A DNA stretch of 60,000 nt from Lama glama. Lineage: Eukaryota. The notes under the pieces are model-generated. The model was not told the origin of the DNA, did not search any database, and was given only the letters and a program-made list of their open reading frames with translations. The translations under genes were made by a program, and so were the position numbers. Shown here piece by piece: positions 1 through 13,683 of the stretch. The first letter of the stretch is position 1. Every line of letters starts with the position of its first letter. The stretch lies in contig CM052816.1 in the NCBI GenBank assembly GCA_028534125.1, forward strand, positions 26,600,001 to 26,660,000. The letters run 5' to 3'.

Positions 1-119
1 CTCTCATGAAGTGTAGGAAGAAGGCAGCAATGCTGATTAACTTCAGAGGTCACATATTAACATCTTGAATAACCTCTAAAAGAACACCAATATTTAGAAA
101 GGTAGAAGGAAAAAAAAAT

Positions 120-1150
120 CACCCAAAAGATACAACCCTCAGGTTCAAAAAATGCACCTAACAAAACAGCCTCAAAATATCTCAGACAAAAATGGACAGA
201 ATTACAAGACAAAATTAATAAATGCATTCTTCTGGTAGGAGGGTTTTAACACATCTCTCTTAGAATCTGATCGGCAAAAAAACAGTAAGGATGTAGGATG
301 GATGAACAATTCAATTAACGAACATCTAACGAACATGTAGTCCTGTACCTACCAAAAGTCTGCATTCCTTTCAACTACATCTGAATATTTACAAAAATTG
401 ACCAAACACTAAGCCACAAAGCTAGCGTCAAAAATACCATATAATCTATACCAACGTTGTCCAATAGAAATAGAAAGTGAGCCATATAGGTAATTGTAGA
501 GTTTCTAGTAGCCACATTTAAAAATGTGAAAAGAGGCAGGTGACGTTAATTTTAAGTGTATTTTATTTTGCCCAATATCTCCAAATACTATTTCTTTCTT
601 ATACTAAGTCTTAGAAATACAGCACATCTCAGCTCGGAGTAGCCCCATTTCAAGTGCTCATCAACCACACGTCATTAATGAGGACTGTGATGGACAGAGC
701 AGCACCTTGTCATACTGACCACACTCTCATACCTCAATGTGATAAAATCAGAAATCAAAACCAAAGGATTGCTTACATGATAACAAATGCTGATGTTTGG
801 AAATGTCAGTAACAAATTTAAACAAATTATAAATCTAGACATTTGTAAAATTAAGAAACTTACTTTGCCACTGTCAAAATCAAACGGAAATTTTGAAATA
901 TTTAGAACTGGAATGAAAACACAAACACATATATCAAAATCTGGAGACAAACTGTGTAGCTTTAACTATCCAGAGACAGGTGTTTGACATATGGGAACTT
1001 GGTATTGGTGTCTGACAAAAGTGGCCCTTCAAGTTACTGGGGAAAGAACAGACTATTCATTCAAGGGTGCTGGATGACTGGTTTTCCTGTGGGGAAAACA
1101 TATAGAATTGGAATCTTGTCTCACACCATATACACAAACTGAATTTTTGT
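120..1150 (+). mobile_element. Ancient L1 (L1M-type) ORF2 fragments, interrupted by MER33
   Basis: 150-440 resembles the decayed endonuclease region (APN..ASKY..QK.TELQ...; FTKID..L.HKAS). 970-1140 resembles the later ORF2 segment ending ctcacaccatatacacaaa. Confidence 0.7.
452..702 (+). mobile_element. MER33-like hAT-Charlie MITE
   Basis: Termini ...tgtccaatagaaata and tggacagagcag, with diagnostic cores tttctagtagccacatt and acagcacatctc...atttcaagtgctca. Confidence 0.8.
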
Positions 1151-1998
1151 TAGTAGAAAATCTTTCCACTTGAAAAATGGGAAAATCTTACCAAATGGCT
1201 TAAATTATGATTCAATATTAAATCAGGACAAAAGAAACTATCTCTTGCCAAAACCCTTCAATGATTATATCCTCTTTTTCCACAAAATGATGTGAGATTA
1301 AGCAGATAGATAACAGGACCATAATTTATAGATGAGTTGGGGCACAGGGTGAGCCCCCCCAACTCTGTGAGAGAGCTGTGAGAGTGAGCATCTTTAAACA
1401 GTATTCATTAAATAGCCCTACGCACGGAGCACCAGGTTACCCAAGTAAGTAGAGCAGTCGCAGTCCACGTCCTTTGGGAGCTTACAATATCAAACAGGAA
1501 ATTTTTCAGAGCCTGGAGGCGCACTGGTGAGGTGTGGCACTAAAACAGTCATTCACATCACAGGGACCAGCTTTTCTCCCAGACAGTGGTTCACTCCGAT
1601 TGGCTTCCCAGGCTCTAGGCTATCATTTAGAAGCAGCTAAGCCTCGGCTCACTTAAAAGGTCCATTATTGGGAGAATTCACTGCAAATTCTTGCGCTAAA
1701 TCAGCCCTTGTACCAGAACCTGCACAAGCCTAGTCACTTCCCTTCCATAAGATCTATCGAGCCCCACGTGGATTACAAGGTGAATGCCACAGTGTCTCTT
1801 CTGTCCAGCCTGCTGCTCTTCCAGTGGGGTGAGGCACACCCAGTAACCCTGGACTATGGCAAAGGCCAGCCGGCATAATACAGCTCCCACCACACACATC
1901 CTAACACACAACGTAGGACATGCAAATAAGCACACAGACGAGGAGACCGATCATTCTGACATGCGCAGATCAGAGAAGGCTTCAAGGAGAGGAGAGTA

Positions 1999-2741
1999 TT
2001 TTTTTTTTAATTGAACTGTAGTCGGTTTACAATGTTGTGTTAATTTCTGGTGTACAGCATAGTGATTCAGTTTTACATATATATATTCCTTTCCGTGTTC
2101 TTTTTCATTATAGGTTATTACAAGGTATTGAATACAGTTTCCTGTGCTATATTGTAGGAACTTGTTCATCTATTTTATATACAGTAGTCAGTACCTGCAA
2201 ATCTCAAACTCCTGATTTATCCTTCCACTACCCCCCTTCCCTCCTGGTAACCATAAGTTTATTTTCTATGTCAGTGAGTCTGTTTCTGTTTTGTAGATAA
2301 GTTCTTCTGTGTCATTTTTTTAGATTCCACATATGAGTGATATCATATGGTATTTTTCTCTTTCTGACTTACTTCACTTAGAATGACGATCTTCCGGTCC
2401 ATCTATGTTGCTGCAAATGGCATTATTTCATTCTTTTTTATGGTTGAGTAGTATTCCATTGTATAAATATACCACAACTTCCTTATTCAGTCGTCTGTCA
2501 ATGGACATTTAGGTTGCTTCCATGTCTTGTCTATTGTAAATAGTGCTGTTATGAACATTGGGGTGCATGTATCTTTTCAAATTAGAGTTTCGTCTGGATA
2601 TATGCCCAGGACTGGGATTGCTGGATTACATGATAAGTCTACGTTTAGTTTTTAAAGGACTCTCCATACTGTTTTCCATAATGGCTGCAGCAAGCTACAT
2701 TCCCACTAATAGTGTAGGAGGATTCCCTTTTCTCCACATCC
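1999..2741 (-). mobile_element. 5'-truncated artiodactyl/camelid L1 3' end
   Basis: Poly(T) at 1999-2008, then L1 3'UTR and ORF2-end motifs (gttgctgcaaatggcattatttcattc, gggtgcatgtatcttttcaa). Degenerate TSD agaggagagtattt (1988-2001) / agaagagggcattt (2743-2756). Confidence 0.92.
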
Positions 2742-4679
2742 AAGAAGAGGGCATTTGAATTACATCTTGCAGTCAGGTGAGATTCTGATGGACAAAGAAC
2801 AGGAGGGCAGGCATTGCAAACTTTAATGGGTTCTGGAAGAGCTGGGGGAATCGATGATGTATGGGTCAGGCTGTCAAATAATTCCTTCCCACACAAAGCA
2901 CATTTCATTTACTTCAAGAATCCTTGAATCTATAGGTTAGAAGCTTGATTGGGATGTAGTCCATATGGGCTAGGCATCACTCCTGTTCCCCTTTTCCCTC
3001 CTGCTACTCCCCTCCCTCTGTTTCAGCTGGAGATGCTCCACTCCAGGAGCACAAGAAAGACACGTGGAGGAATGACCGCAACCCAAACTGCAGCAGTGCC
3101 AGATGAGGGAAGATTTGGGGGATGGTTTAGAAATACAAAATCATCCAGCCACCCCTGCCATTCTAGGTCACAGTCCAATGACCAAAAACAAGGCACTCCG
3201 AAAACATTGCTGAACACATGTGATCATTTTCTCCCATCCTGGGAGTCAACAGAGACCTCTAAGGGCATTTTGTCTACCAGGTGTTCAACAGAGGTGCCGA
3301 CAGGGCGAGAAGCCAGCATCAGCCTTGTAGCCCTGGAGGGCAGCGGGAGTTCCACGGTGACACAGCTCAGCCCCCTGCCTGCAGTCTGAAGAGCACACAA
3401 GTAAAAACGCAGAGCTGAAACCAAAACAGTTGTTTCTAACTCAGTGAGTTTCTCGACGAGACATGGTTTAGAAATTGGTATGTCCAGCCTAAAACTGGAA
3501 TCTTCTCTCTCTTGAGCGTCTTCCGCCCACAGGCTAACCCTCTTTCTCTTCCCGTGGATTTGGGGTCACACATTCAAAAGGCACCTGCCTAGAGTTCTTT
3601 CACTCCACATTGCCAGAGTTATCAGAGAAAAGGGTGGCCTTAACCAAGGGCCATCTTCTCAGGAGAGAAAGTATCTGCTTGGCATCAAATTCAAATTTAG
3701 TTATATCCTACAATTTCCTCTGCCCTCAGTGATCTCAAGTGAAAGTATACAATCAGAGATACATTTTTGCACCCAAAATAAGCTATTATTACCTTTTTTT
3801 TTCTAAAAGAATAGGATGCCTTTGTCATTTCTCAACCTCATATATAAAACTAGCCAAGTTGGAAGGAAAACATTTCAGCTACACAAAACAAGGCTCTTAC
3901 ATGTGAGAAAGGATTCCTGCTTCCTGTGGATATCTTACTCAAGATTTTCCTTGATTTTGCTGGAAGCTTCCAGTTTTCCTATGAGCCCCTCCCCCTTCAT
4001 CTCTCTGACTCACAATTCTTTTTCAATGTGGTCACTTATTAAAAACAAATATGTTCTGCTTCTATCCTGCAGTAACAGCCCATGTTGGGATTACATTCAT
4101 ATATGTTATTTAGAGAAAACTGGACAGTGTCATTATAAATGAAATTCCTCTGGAAGCTGATAACTTGTATACTGTGATTTCATCTTTCAGCCTACAAATA
4201 TGAACAATTCTAAAGATTTTGTGACATTAAGTGAGGAGCTATACAGGAATTGCTTGGAAATTATCTGGTTAATAGCAACCAGCATTTGGGGCTTTGTTAC
4301 TTTTATTGTTAGGATTTTATTATAATTATTTTGGCTGAATAATTTTTCTTCAATTTATTAATTAGACAGTAGATAAAGTAGCCTAGACAGGAAGTTCCCA
4401 CCACTGAGGGTGCAATTCAGATCTGATACCCCAGATTTAAACTACCAATAAGATTTTTCCTCTTTTGAAAAATAAAAGAGTATGTATTATTTCATCCAGG
4501 GCAGCAGGAAGAGTAGATCTTTCATCATTTTTATATTATTAACAATGCTACTCTCTATAACTTTGTAACTAAATGACAATATATGGCAGATGAGTAGTCA
4601 AAATCATTCATCTAATTTGCTTTAACAAATTATTTGAGCAGACGAAAAGATTAAACTAAGATGACTCCTTGTCAGAAAA

Positions 4680-5095
4680 ATTAAGCTTTTTTCCTTCATT
4701 GTAAACATTACATACTTACCACAGGAAAATAAAAGGAAAAACCACCCATAATCCAAATACCCATAGAGCAACAAATCACAAATGTTGGTAAATTGTGTCT
4801 GTTCTTTTCTCTATTCATCGCTATTGGGTTGAATGTTGGTGGTCACAAATTTTACATTATAAGTTAACATTACAACATGACAACTTTCCATGCATTTATT
4901 AATTCTTTGTACATCTTACTTTAAATGGCTGCATAATTTGCATTCAGCAACTAATATACTTAAAGGCATTAGATTGTTTTCCTCTTTTAAGTAGAATAAC
5001 ATCAGACATCTTTCTGCATAAAACTTTCTCTGCCTTTAGGATTAATTTTCACTGGATAAATTTTTAGAAATGAGAGTACAATACCAGTATGTCTT
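4680..5095 (-). mobile_element. Old L1ME-like 3' fragment
   Basis: Motifs ccacccataatcc, tttaaatggctgcataat, ggcattagattgtttt and ggataaatttttagaaatg are typical of antisense L1ME ends. Confidence 0.55.
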
Positions 5096-6384
5096 TCTTC
5101 TTTATTTATAAGAATGTTTAAAGCCTATAATTTTTTTTTTATTTTAAGTAGAATCTTTGTCCCTGACTTGGGAACACTCCCTTGTCCACCATAAGAGAAG
5201 AAATGATGTCAAGGTTGCAATGAATAACTTCATAATATCAGAAGATTCTCTTTTCATAATGTCCCTGTTTTTAGGAAAGTCACATCTTGATATGATTGCA
5301 CTATTCTTTTTCAAATTCAAGATTTCAGTGTTCCATTTTAGAAATATCTAGGGCCTGATTCAGTGCCTAGTATAGAGAAGGGAACTCATTCAAGACTGGA
5401 AGGAAAAAAAGAGAGAGAAAGAAAGAGACAAGTTCTTCTGGCAATATTAAAGTATTATTTATGCGGCGGGACCAGAGTAATTTTATTTTGTTTTTGCACC
5501 ATTATGTTATATTGTCCCTGAAAGGGTATGACACCAGGGTATGGGAATGTCCCCCTGCATGCAGTTCACATCTGCTTGGCCATGTGAATATAACTGTGCC
5601 AGGAGCCCAGGATGTCAGTTTGCAGCACAGAAATCATGCTGTCGAGATTTAGTTCCTGAGCAACTGGAAGAGAGATTCCAGAGGGACAAGTTCAAGAATG
5701 ACTTAGAAATTATAGACCAGATCACACAACTGTCATAAAGCTATCATCAGTTAATAAAACAGGGTTTTCTTTTCATCAAAAAAAAGTTGGCTTTTCTCCC
5801 CCCACTGAAAAAAAATATTGACGCTGGAGGCCTTTGGAACTTTGTCTGACCTTCTTTCTGCTGACTTTTTCATTTCCTGTTTCTTTCCTTTTTTTTCTTT
5901 CTTTTTTCGCATAGAGTGGAGATCTCTGAAACAAGCTCCCAATGTGTTAAAAACAAACATACATTCCCTAAAAATAGTCGAGCTTCAATGTCCTCGCTCC
6001 CAGGGCCCTGCTATTCTAGGGTCTATTGCTTCTGTGAACAAAAATTCAGTCTCTCTCCCCTCTGCCTCTTCCCGTCCCCCCCTCCCCTTTGGTCCCACAG
6101 AAACGAGGCTGTGCAGACATTTGTAGGAAGAAGTCCAAGAATAAACATGAGAATATTCTGAATGAAAAGCAAATCTCTAGAAAGGATGAATATCAGTGTC
6201 TGTAAAATGCTTCATAGATGAGCTTGTTTGAAATGCAAATCCTTATTTATAGATTCATGGAGGATAAGGAGGGCACAGATAGTCAGAACAGAAAATCACA
6301 CATGCACTCACTCCGGCTCTGCCCTGCACCAAGTTACCTAGTAGTAAGATGGCACTCTGGACCTTCTCTGAAGCACTGAGAAAG

Positions 6385-7760
6385 TGCTTATCAAGTACCC
6401 AGGCCCTGTGCTAAGCACTGGGAATAGAGCAATCAATATGACAGACACCATCAGCACCTTTGTGGAACTTACATACACTGAACAGGTGCACAATACAGGC
6501 AGGGACAGAGCGGTCCAGGTGCTCCTGTGAGATCCCAGAACAAAGGATCAGACCTTGTTGGGGTAGGGCAATGTCCCTGAGGAACGCATATTTCAGCCCA
6601 GACCTGGAGCTTGCTAGCACTTAGCCAGGCTAAGAACATTCCAAATTCAGGACCAGATTATTTGGCGACTCCAGACCTAGTTTACTGCAGGCCAGGAGGA
6701 CTGTCCAGGGTGTCTGAGAAGGACAGGAGAGGGGGATTAGAGCAGCTGCAGAGGGGGCAGGGATGACATCATGCAAAAGCCCCTAAGACTGTGAGATACA
6801 TCTGAACTTGATCCCAAGGGCAATAGGAAACAATTTAGTGGGGATGGGACACAAGGAGATTTGTATGTGGGACCTGAGAGTATTGTGAAATAGTCTTTTA
6901 GGCTTTTTTCTCTTCCCAGCATTTTCTTCTGTATCTTTTTACTTTTCAAACACATTCTGACTGTGCTTAATCGCTATATTCGGGGAGGTGTGTTCCTCAC
7001 AGGGTAATAAGAAGATACACCATACAAGAATGTCTGCTTTTATTTTTAAAGCATAAGCACTTAGGGAACTTGGAGAGTTGCAAAGGAACTGGAAAGGGGT
7101 TGGAGGGAGAGAGGGACTTCCCTGCAGGTAAGAATTTTTTTCTTAGATTCCTTTGGAGTTGGGGAAGAAGAGCATGATTAGTAGGTCCTGGAATGATGGG
7201 TGGATGGGGACAAACTCTCAGCAGCAGTGAGACCCTAGAGTGCTCCTAAAAACGAATCAGAGATGTAGGCAATGGTTAACCCAGGGGACATCTGTTGAAT
7301 ACCCCTAAACCTTGATCATCCAAGATTCTGGAAGCTTGACACAATGCCAGGGAGCCAGAGAGACCTCGAGAACACCTGGGAGGACATTTCTATCAGCCTG
7401 GAAGGATCGGCCTTCAATATTGAGAGATGGGTCATCTACGAAAAAGAAAGTCCTGTGAAATTTCTGACACGGCTGGCGTTGCGGACCATGATTCACACCA
7501 TCTGTGTGTATCTAAAGGCTTAGTCTGGCTCCTGTGTGAAAAAATGCATTGGAGAGAGGCAAGTGAAAGATAATAGTGGCTTACACCAGAGTGATAGAAG
7601 TGAGGATGAAAAGAAGTGGATGGATTTGCAAAATATGTAGGACACAGAAGAGTTAGTACTCGGTGACTGGTTGGACATGGCAGTGAGTGAGATGGAGGAT
7701 TCAAGGATAACGCTCAGGTTTCAGGCCTGGACAATTAGGTGGGTGGTGGAATAACAGACG
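6385..7760 (-). mobile_element. Fragmented L2 LINE (pieces at about 6385-6850 and 7500-7760)
   Basis: caggccctgtgctaagcactgggaatagagca...gacagac and gaagtggatggatttgcaaaatat...aggataacgctcaggtttcaggcctggac are characteristic antisense L2 motifs. Confidence 0.7.
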
Positions 7761-8019
7761 AGTCCATTTCTTGCAGTGACTAACTGTGCAGTGGGGCTGA
7801 AAAAGATCACTTGGAGATTTTACTGGGATGATGTGTAGTGGTCACATAGGGATGTAACATTTTACCAACAGTGTATGAACAAAGAGGTAGTAAATGCTCC
7901 CAAAGGCAGAACCTGCAGTTAAGGATAGATAATCTCAGAGGTCAACACACTGCTGGAGATATCACCAAAGTCCTTTCTGTCCACTGTCTCAAATACAGAA
8001 AATGAAATATTAATGATGA

Positions 8020-8350
8020 AAGAGGCCTCAGGAGTCCTCCAGCTAGAAGCATTCCCTAAAGCAGGACTCTTCTCTCAAAGGTTTTTGACAGCAGCCTTTG
8101 CTTCTGCACTCCCAGTATCCTATCACATGCTATCTTTAAAGCCAAGACTGCATTTGGGACTCATTCCTAATTATAAGGAAGTTCTCCTTTCCTTACATGG
8201 AAAACTGCCTCACTTACCCACTCCTCCCAGCTTTGCTCTGGAGCTACACAGAATAAGTCTGATTCCTCTTTTACATGACATTTGAAAGCTGTTATCATGT
8301 TTTCTCTAAGTATTCTTTACTCCAAGCTAAAACTATACATCATTTCCTTC
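8020..8350 (-). mobile_element. L3/CR1 fragment, continuing at about 9560-9980
   Basis: ggaagttctcc..., tctggagctacacagaataagtctgattcctctttt and tcttttactccaagctaaa resemble antisense L3. The second piece contains cctgtttaattccttcttgataattccagccca. Confidence 0.55.
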
Positions 8351-8419
8351 ATCTATTACTTTCAACGGACATGCAGCAACAGAAACAGCAACTAATATTT
8401 ATTGCAAGTTGAGAATGTG

Positions 8420-9410
8420 GTAAGGAGTAGGAATGTCTTCCCTGCTGGAGTAGGATGTCTTTGCCCTCTGCCTGCTGAATCAGAGGATTCTGAAGACTAA
8501 GAGGTAGGTGAAGGCAAAAAAAAAAAAAGACAGTGGGAGCCTGGGTCTCTGTTCGTGGACAGACACCCAACCAGGACACTTGCATTAGACTGTGATGCGA
8601 GTAACAAATAAATTTTCCCGCGTTAAGACAATGAGAATGTGAAGTTAGTGTTACCTTAACTAATACAGAGCTTCATACTGGAAATCAGAAGCCGCCATAA
8701 TGAAAATCTAAAATGTGTGTCAGTGGCCTAGCGGTTAGTCCTGGAAGCTTTAGAAATGGTAGAAAAGGTCAGAATGATGTTGCACATTGGTTACGAGCTG
8801 GCTTTAGCAAGGTATTACAAGAAAGAGATGAGCTCGGGAAAGAACTGACCAATTTTCAAGCAAAACTGGAACAAACAGAGAAAGTCCAGGGATTAAGGAA
8901 CTCCCAAGGTTGGAAAGGTCAATCGCTTCCAGACATCAAAGATTAAGAGGTGAAATTAAAGAATGCTTTGGTGATCATGGTCCAGTAAGACTTCTCAGTT
9001 GAACAAGGTGACTCAGTCTTGGAGCAAAAACCAGATTAAACGTGTATTACCCTACATATCGTGACCTCAACGAAGCTGCTATTTAATTGAGAGAGAAGCA
9101 TGGAGACAAGAAAGCTAAGAAATATGAAAAATTGAGAATAATATCTAAGAAAGGACTTTGTGTGTGGTTACTTGCACAAAGAATTAACTGAAGCAAATAG
9201 ATCAGAAGTCTTCTAAGTTTCTGAGAATATTCTATTGCCAAAGAAACCCTGAGCCTGAACCAAAACACAAAACAGAGACTCTTTTAACTATTTAAATGGT
9301 AAACATCCTTCAGATCCCTGAACTTACACCATCAGGAACCTGAAGTGACTGAAACGGATACTTCTCAATGCCAGCTTAGGTGCGCTCATGGAGGAGAATG
9401 GGCAAGGAAA
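8420..9410 (+). mobile_element. MaLR (MLT1-type) LTR (~8420-8667) followed by internal sequence (~8668-9410)
   Basis: LTR end aaataaatttt...ttaagacaatgaga...taactaataca at 8667. The internal region carries the MLT1-int-like remnant W..AGFSKVLQERDELGKEL (ORF 8713-8946). Confidence 0.7.
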
Positions 9411-9550
9411 ATTTCCATTTTATAGATGAAGAAATTAGAGACGTTAGTAACATGTTCAGGATGACCCATTTGGTAGGAGGGTCATCCAATCCTAGAATCT
9501 AAGTCTATCTGGTTCAAAAGCCCAAGGTTTTAATCAATGTGTTATACTGT
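9410..9550 (-). mobile_element. MIR SINE
   Basis: ccattttatagatgaagaaatt core and the MIR 5' end in antisense. Confidence 0.7.
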
Positions 9551-10029
9551 TTCCCAGAAGAGCTGGCTTCTAGATTCTGTACCCACTGGCTTGCCTTCCC
9601 TGGGTGTTCTGAGTTTATCTATATTTTTTCAGATTCGAACACAATAATTGATGTAATAATTTTGGGGTGATATGACTTAAGTTACTTCTCTCTTCTGGAA
9701 TCATCATCTATAAATGAAGCCCACGAGCTCTCTAGATATGTTAGTGGCCAAGCCTCAACCTAGGACCACTGACTTTAATCAAACAATACTCCTAGATTTT
9801 CTGACCACTGCCAAGCCCCTACCCAAATTGGAACTTAAGTCATTATTTTTAATCTAAGGGCAGATTTTAAAGTCCATCCTGTTTAATTCCTTCTTGATAA
9901 TTCCAGCCCAGGGTTCAAGCCTGTCCACATGCTTCTTGAATCATCCAGACGACTAACCCATCTGGGACTGTCCTCCACTGGGATGGAATCAGCCCCATGT
10001 GAGGAGGAGTATCTTTGGATTCATACTAT

Positions 10030-10310
10030 GATGAGTCACTGTGCTAAGGACTTTATGTGCTTACTTCACTTAATCTTTTCCTCATGCCCACTTTAGAGAT
10101 GAGAAAAGTAAGTTTCAGAGACCTTAAGACTGCACAGTTGGTAAGTGGAGCCCATCATCAACCCTAATCACTGAGTGATATGAATTGATAGTTATGTAAT
10201 ATGATGGTTTTTCCCCCCTAAAGTGGAAGATAAATAATATTTACTAAGCACATATTTTGTATAAGGTACTTTACTCACTCCACCTCACTTAATCTTCACA
10301 GTGATCCAGA
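10030..10310 (-). mobile_element. MIR fragments
   Basis: cactgtgctaagga...cccactttagagatgagaaaagtaagtttcagagac. Confidence 0.6.
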
Positions 10311-11129
10311 GCATGGTGAAACCTGGAATAACTTAAGAGATTTTTTAAGCTTGAAATAGAATTATTTGGGGAGGCTCTCTATATAGTAAGAGTCTATACA
10401 AATAAATAGTGGAAGCAAAAAGAAGTCACTGAATAGCTACCTTGAGCCCAATAGCAAGACAAGGATTCTATGAAAGCAGAGAACTTTTCCCCCTGAAAAC
10501 TGCCTGGCACAGAGTAAGTGCTCAATAATGTTTATTAAAATGAATACCTGAATGTGGACCTTAGTGAGCGGATATAAAATTCTACATGAGACAAAAGCTT
10601 CACTCATACAAAAAGTATTTATCAGGCAGCTACTACTATACATGAGACACTTTTGGGAGCCCAGGGCTCAGAGAAATGATAAATAATCCAAGTAAAACAG
10701 TCCCAGTCACTCTAACAACGCATAGATATTGACTATCCCCAACTAATCTCCTTGGGGGTTGTGGAGCCGAGCTATACCCAGACCAGCAGCATCGTGAAGT
10801 AGGTATGCAGATTACCGTTCTAGAAGACCTGCATTTAAACCCAGCACAAACACCCAGACTTAGCACAGTGTCCGGTGTTGATCCTCTTAAATCAACATTG
10901 GCAGATGTTCCGCTGGATTGGAATACTTGAAGCATAACCCTGCTAGAGAGTGGGTAGGAAGACAATCCAGCCAGCCAGCCTTTTCAATGCCACGGAGTGT
11001 GTGGGCTCTCCAAAGCTCCCCAGAAACAGACACCAGGGGATGGATTCCATGTACACCAGGTCAGGAGCCTCGTTTGACTCTCCTAAGTGACAGCCCTTGT
11101 ATCTAGGGGTTTTCCTCTGTCCTGCTCCT

Positions 11130-11310
11130 ACCTACGTCTTTTCTTATTCTGCTCTGGTCTCCTCCTGCCCATCTCTCCCTCTACCATTCTCTTTCCTTCC
11201 TTCCTTTCTCCCTCTCTTTCTTCTTTCCTTCATCCTTTCCTTCTCTATATCTTCTTTTTCAGTCTCTATTCTCTTTTCTACCACACTACTCTTTATCAGT
11301 GTCTCTCTAG
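11130..11310. repeat. CT-rich low-complexity polypyrimidine tract
   Basis: About 180 bp that is almost entirely C/T on the + strand. Confidence 0.8.
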
Positions 11311-13009
11311 AAGATAGGGGAATTTAGAAACTCCAAAGCGGACTTAAGCACCTCCTTGTCCTTGCTTTGGAGGCTGAGATCGAAGCTGGCAGGGAACAAT
11401 TAGAATGAGATTTAAGCAGCAGCCATTCACAGGCTACATCATATTTCCTGCTCACAAATTTACCAGCTGAGCTATTCACATGCTGTCATTTCAGGCAAAA
11501 TTGTTTATGCATCACATAATGCTAGTCTCTGTTGTGTCTGTTCGAGCCCTGGCGAGGGCTCTGTCCTGGATTGGATAGTTGGACCCAGGCATATGGTCAA
11601 CACAAAACATGAGAGACCCATATTTGGTCAGAGTATGCCTTAAACACCAATGGAGTTTGGCACAACTGTGGCTCTGGAAATCCAGCCCACAGATCAAGTC
11701 ACACATCAGGGAAAATCAAAACAGAATTAAGTTGGCCACTTTTTCTTTGCACAGACACGAGAGGTATTTTGAGTTAAGTCTGTGAAACCTTGTTTTTCAT
11801 GTTCAAGTCAGCATTCGGGCATGGCCAAATGTTATCAGTGCCCTTTTTTATACAACTTTTTCCCATACACAGATGAGGACGGCCTAGAGACAGACCCAAA
11901 GCATGGACTGAAAGGCAGCACATGATCAAGTGGTACTTGTTTTCCTGAAGAGTTTTGAGACCACTGAATAAACACCCATGTGCCCAGGACAGTTTACATA
12001 TGCTCCAGCTCAGTGGATGGGCGAATGAACAGGGCCTGGCCTGAAATTTAGAAAATTTGGGGGTCTATCCTCCATGATCCTTCTTGGGGACCTCAAAATC
12101 TCAGTCATCTTGGTTAACTCTCTGTTTGCCTAATTCTCTTTCCTTCCAGGTCTTACCTAGTGTGATTCTTTTTCTTTCCACTTCCAACATTTCCAAAGTG
12201 TAATCATCCTTCAAGTCCCAGGTCAAATGTTAGTTCCAAATGGAAGCAACCACTCCTTTCTCTAACCTTGTAGCACATTATCCCTCTTAAAGATGCCTGT
12301 CATTTTCTACTGTGTCCAATTGTAACCTAAGAGAATTCTCGTGTCACTAGAGGGAGTGCTAGACAAAAAGAATGGAAAACTCCAGGACCTGCTGGTGACT
12401 GACTCCAGAGACAGGAGTTTGCGTTTCTCGGTGCTCCCAAGACCCCCACCCCACTCCAGCATCTTTCTTGCACCACCTTTTTGTAAAACATACATTTTTT
12501 CTTTCTTCATATTTTGGAAGGTGGGAGAGACAACCACTTGAACTGGGAAGAAAAAATAACAGCAGCAACTCAGGAATGAAACTACAAGAGAGCTTTCCCC
12601 CTTCCATATGTTCAGTGTAAGGGCTTGCTTAGTGACCAATTTAGAAAATTAAATGATCAAGGCCACCAGTGAGGGAGAGAAGTGCAGCTCTTAGATGAGA
12701 CCAACACTGAGTCTTTAAGCATTCCAGGCCATCCCGAAAACTGGGGGCTCGATTACCCAACCACTAGCCACAGTCAGTACACTGGAGGGCTTGAATGAGA
12801 ACCCTGGATGGGAAGAAACTCCCTTTCCCTACCCAGAGGTGGGGAGTAATGCTGATGGACACTTAAAAGTTTGACATCTCTGGCTTATAGAATCCAAAGA
12901 CTTTGTGTCTACCTATATCCACACATACACCCTATCAGTTAAATTTATTTCTTTACCCAGTGTTAAACGTTGGAGGTAAGGGCGTGATGAAGGGGAAAAT
13001 GGGGCTCAT

Positions 13010-13683
13010 GCAGGTCCAGGATAATAAGGAATTTGGCTGACCTCTGTCCCTGGCTTCAGGGAGGATGCCTCTAATCCCTTGCAATTTCCTGAGTGTTCCC
13101 CTCCCCCATCACACACCTGTTCATGCCAACAGCACAACTCAGGATAGGGCTGCTGATGCCTGAAAGACCGACCACGTGATTAAAGGATTCATGCTTTGAG
13201 CCATGTGATGTCAGCACCGCCTATGGGGATGGGGACTGGAAATTGAGCTTTGTGGACAATGATTCACTTATTCATACCTGCGTAACAACCCCCCAGTAAA
13301 AACTCTGGACACTGAAGCTGGGGTGAGCTTCTCTGGTAGTCTTACAGCAATGTGCCAGGAGGGTGCTGCTTACTGAGAACACAGAAGCTTTGTGTTTGGG
13401 AACCTCCCAAACCTCATCCTGTGTGTCTTTTCTTTCTGGTTCTGATTTGTATCCTTTCACTGTATAAAACAGTAATCGTAAGTAAAGCCCCTTCCTCAGT
13501 TCTGTGAATCATTCTAGCAAAATATCAAAGCAAATTTGTAGCCAGCTGGTCAGAAGTACAGGTGGCCTGGAGACCCTGAATTTGTGGCTGGTGTGTAAAG
13601 TGAGGGTAGTCTTGCAGGCGACTGACAGTGCTCTCAACCTGTGAAATCTAACTCTAGGTATTTGGTATCAGAAGTCTTTGCAG
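13010..13683 (+). mobile_element. ERVL-class solo LTR of the MER21/MER68/MER77 group
   Basis: aaaactctggacactgaagctggggtgagcttctctgg, ggttctgatttgtatccttt, ttctgtgaatcattctagcaa and tttgtagccagctggtcagaagta match this LTR group as I recall it. Confidence 0.7.
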
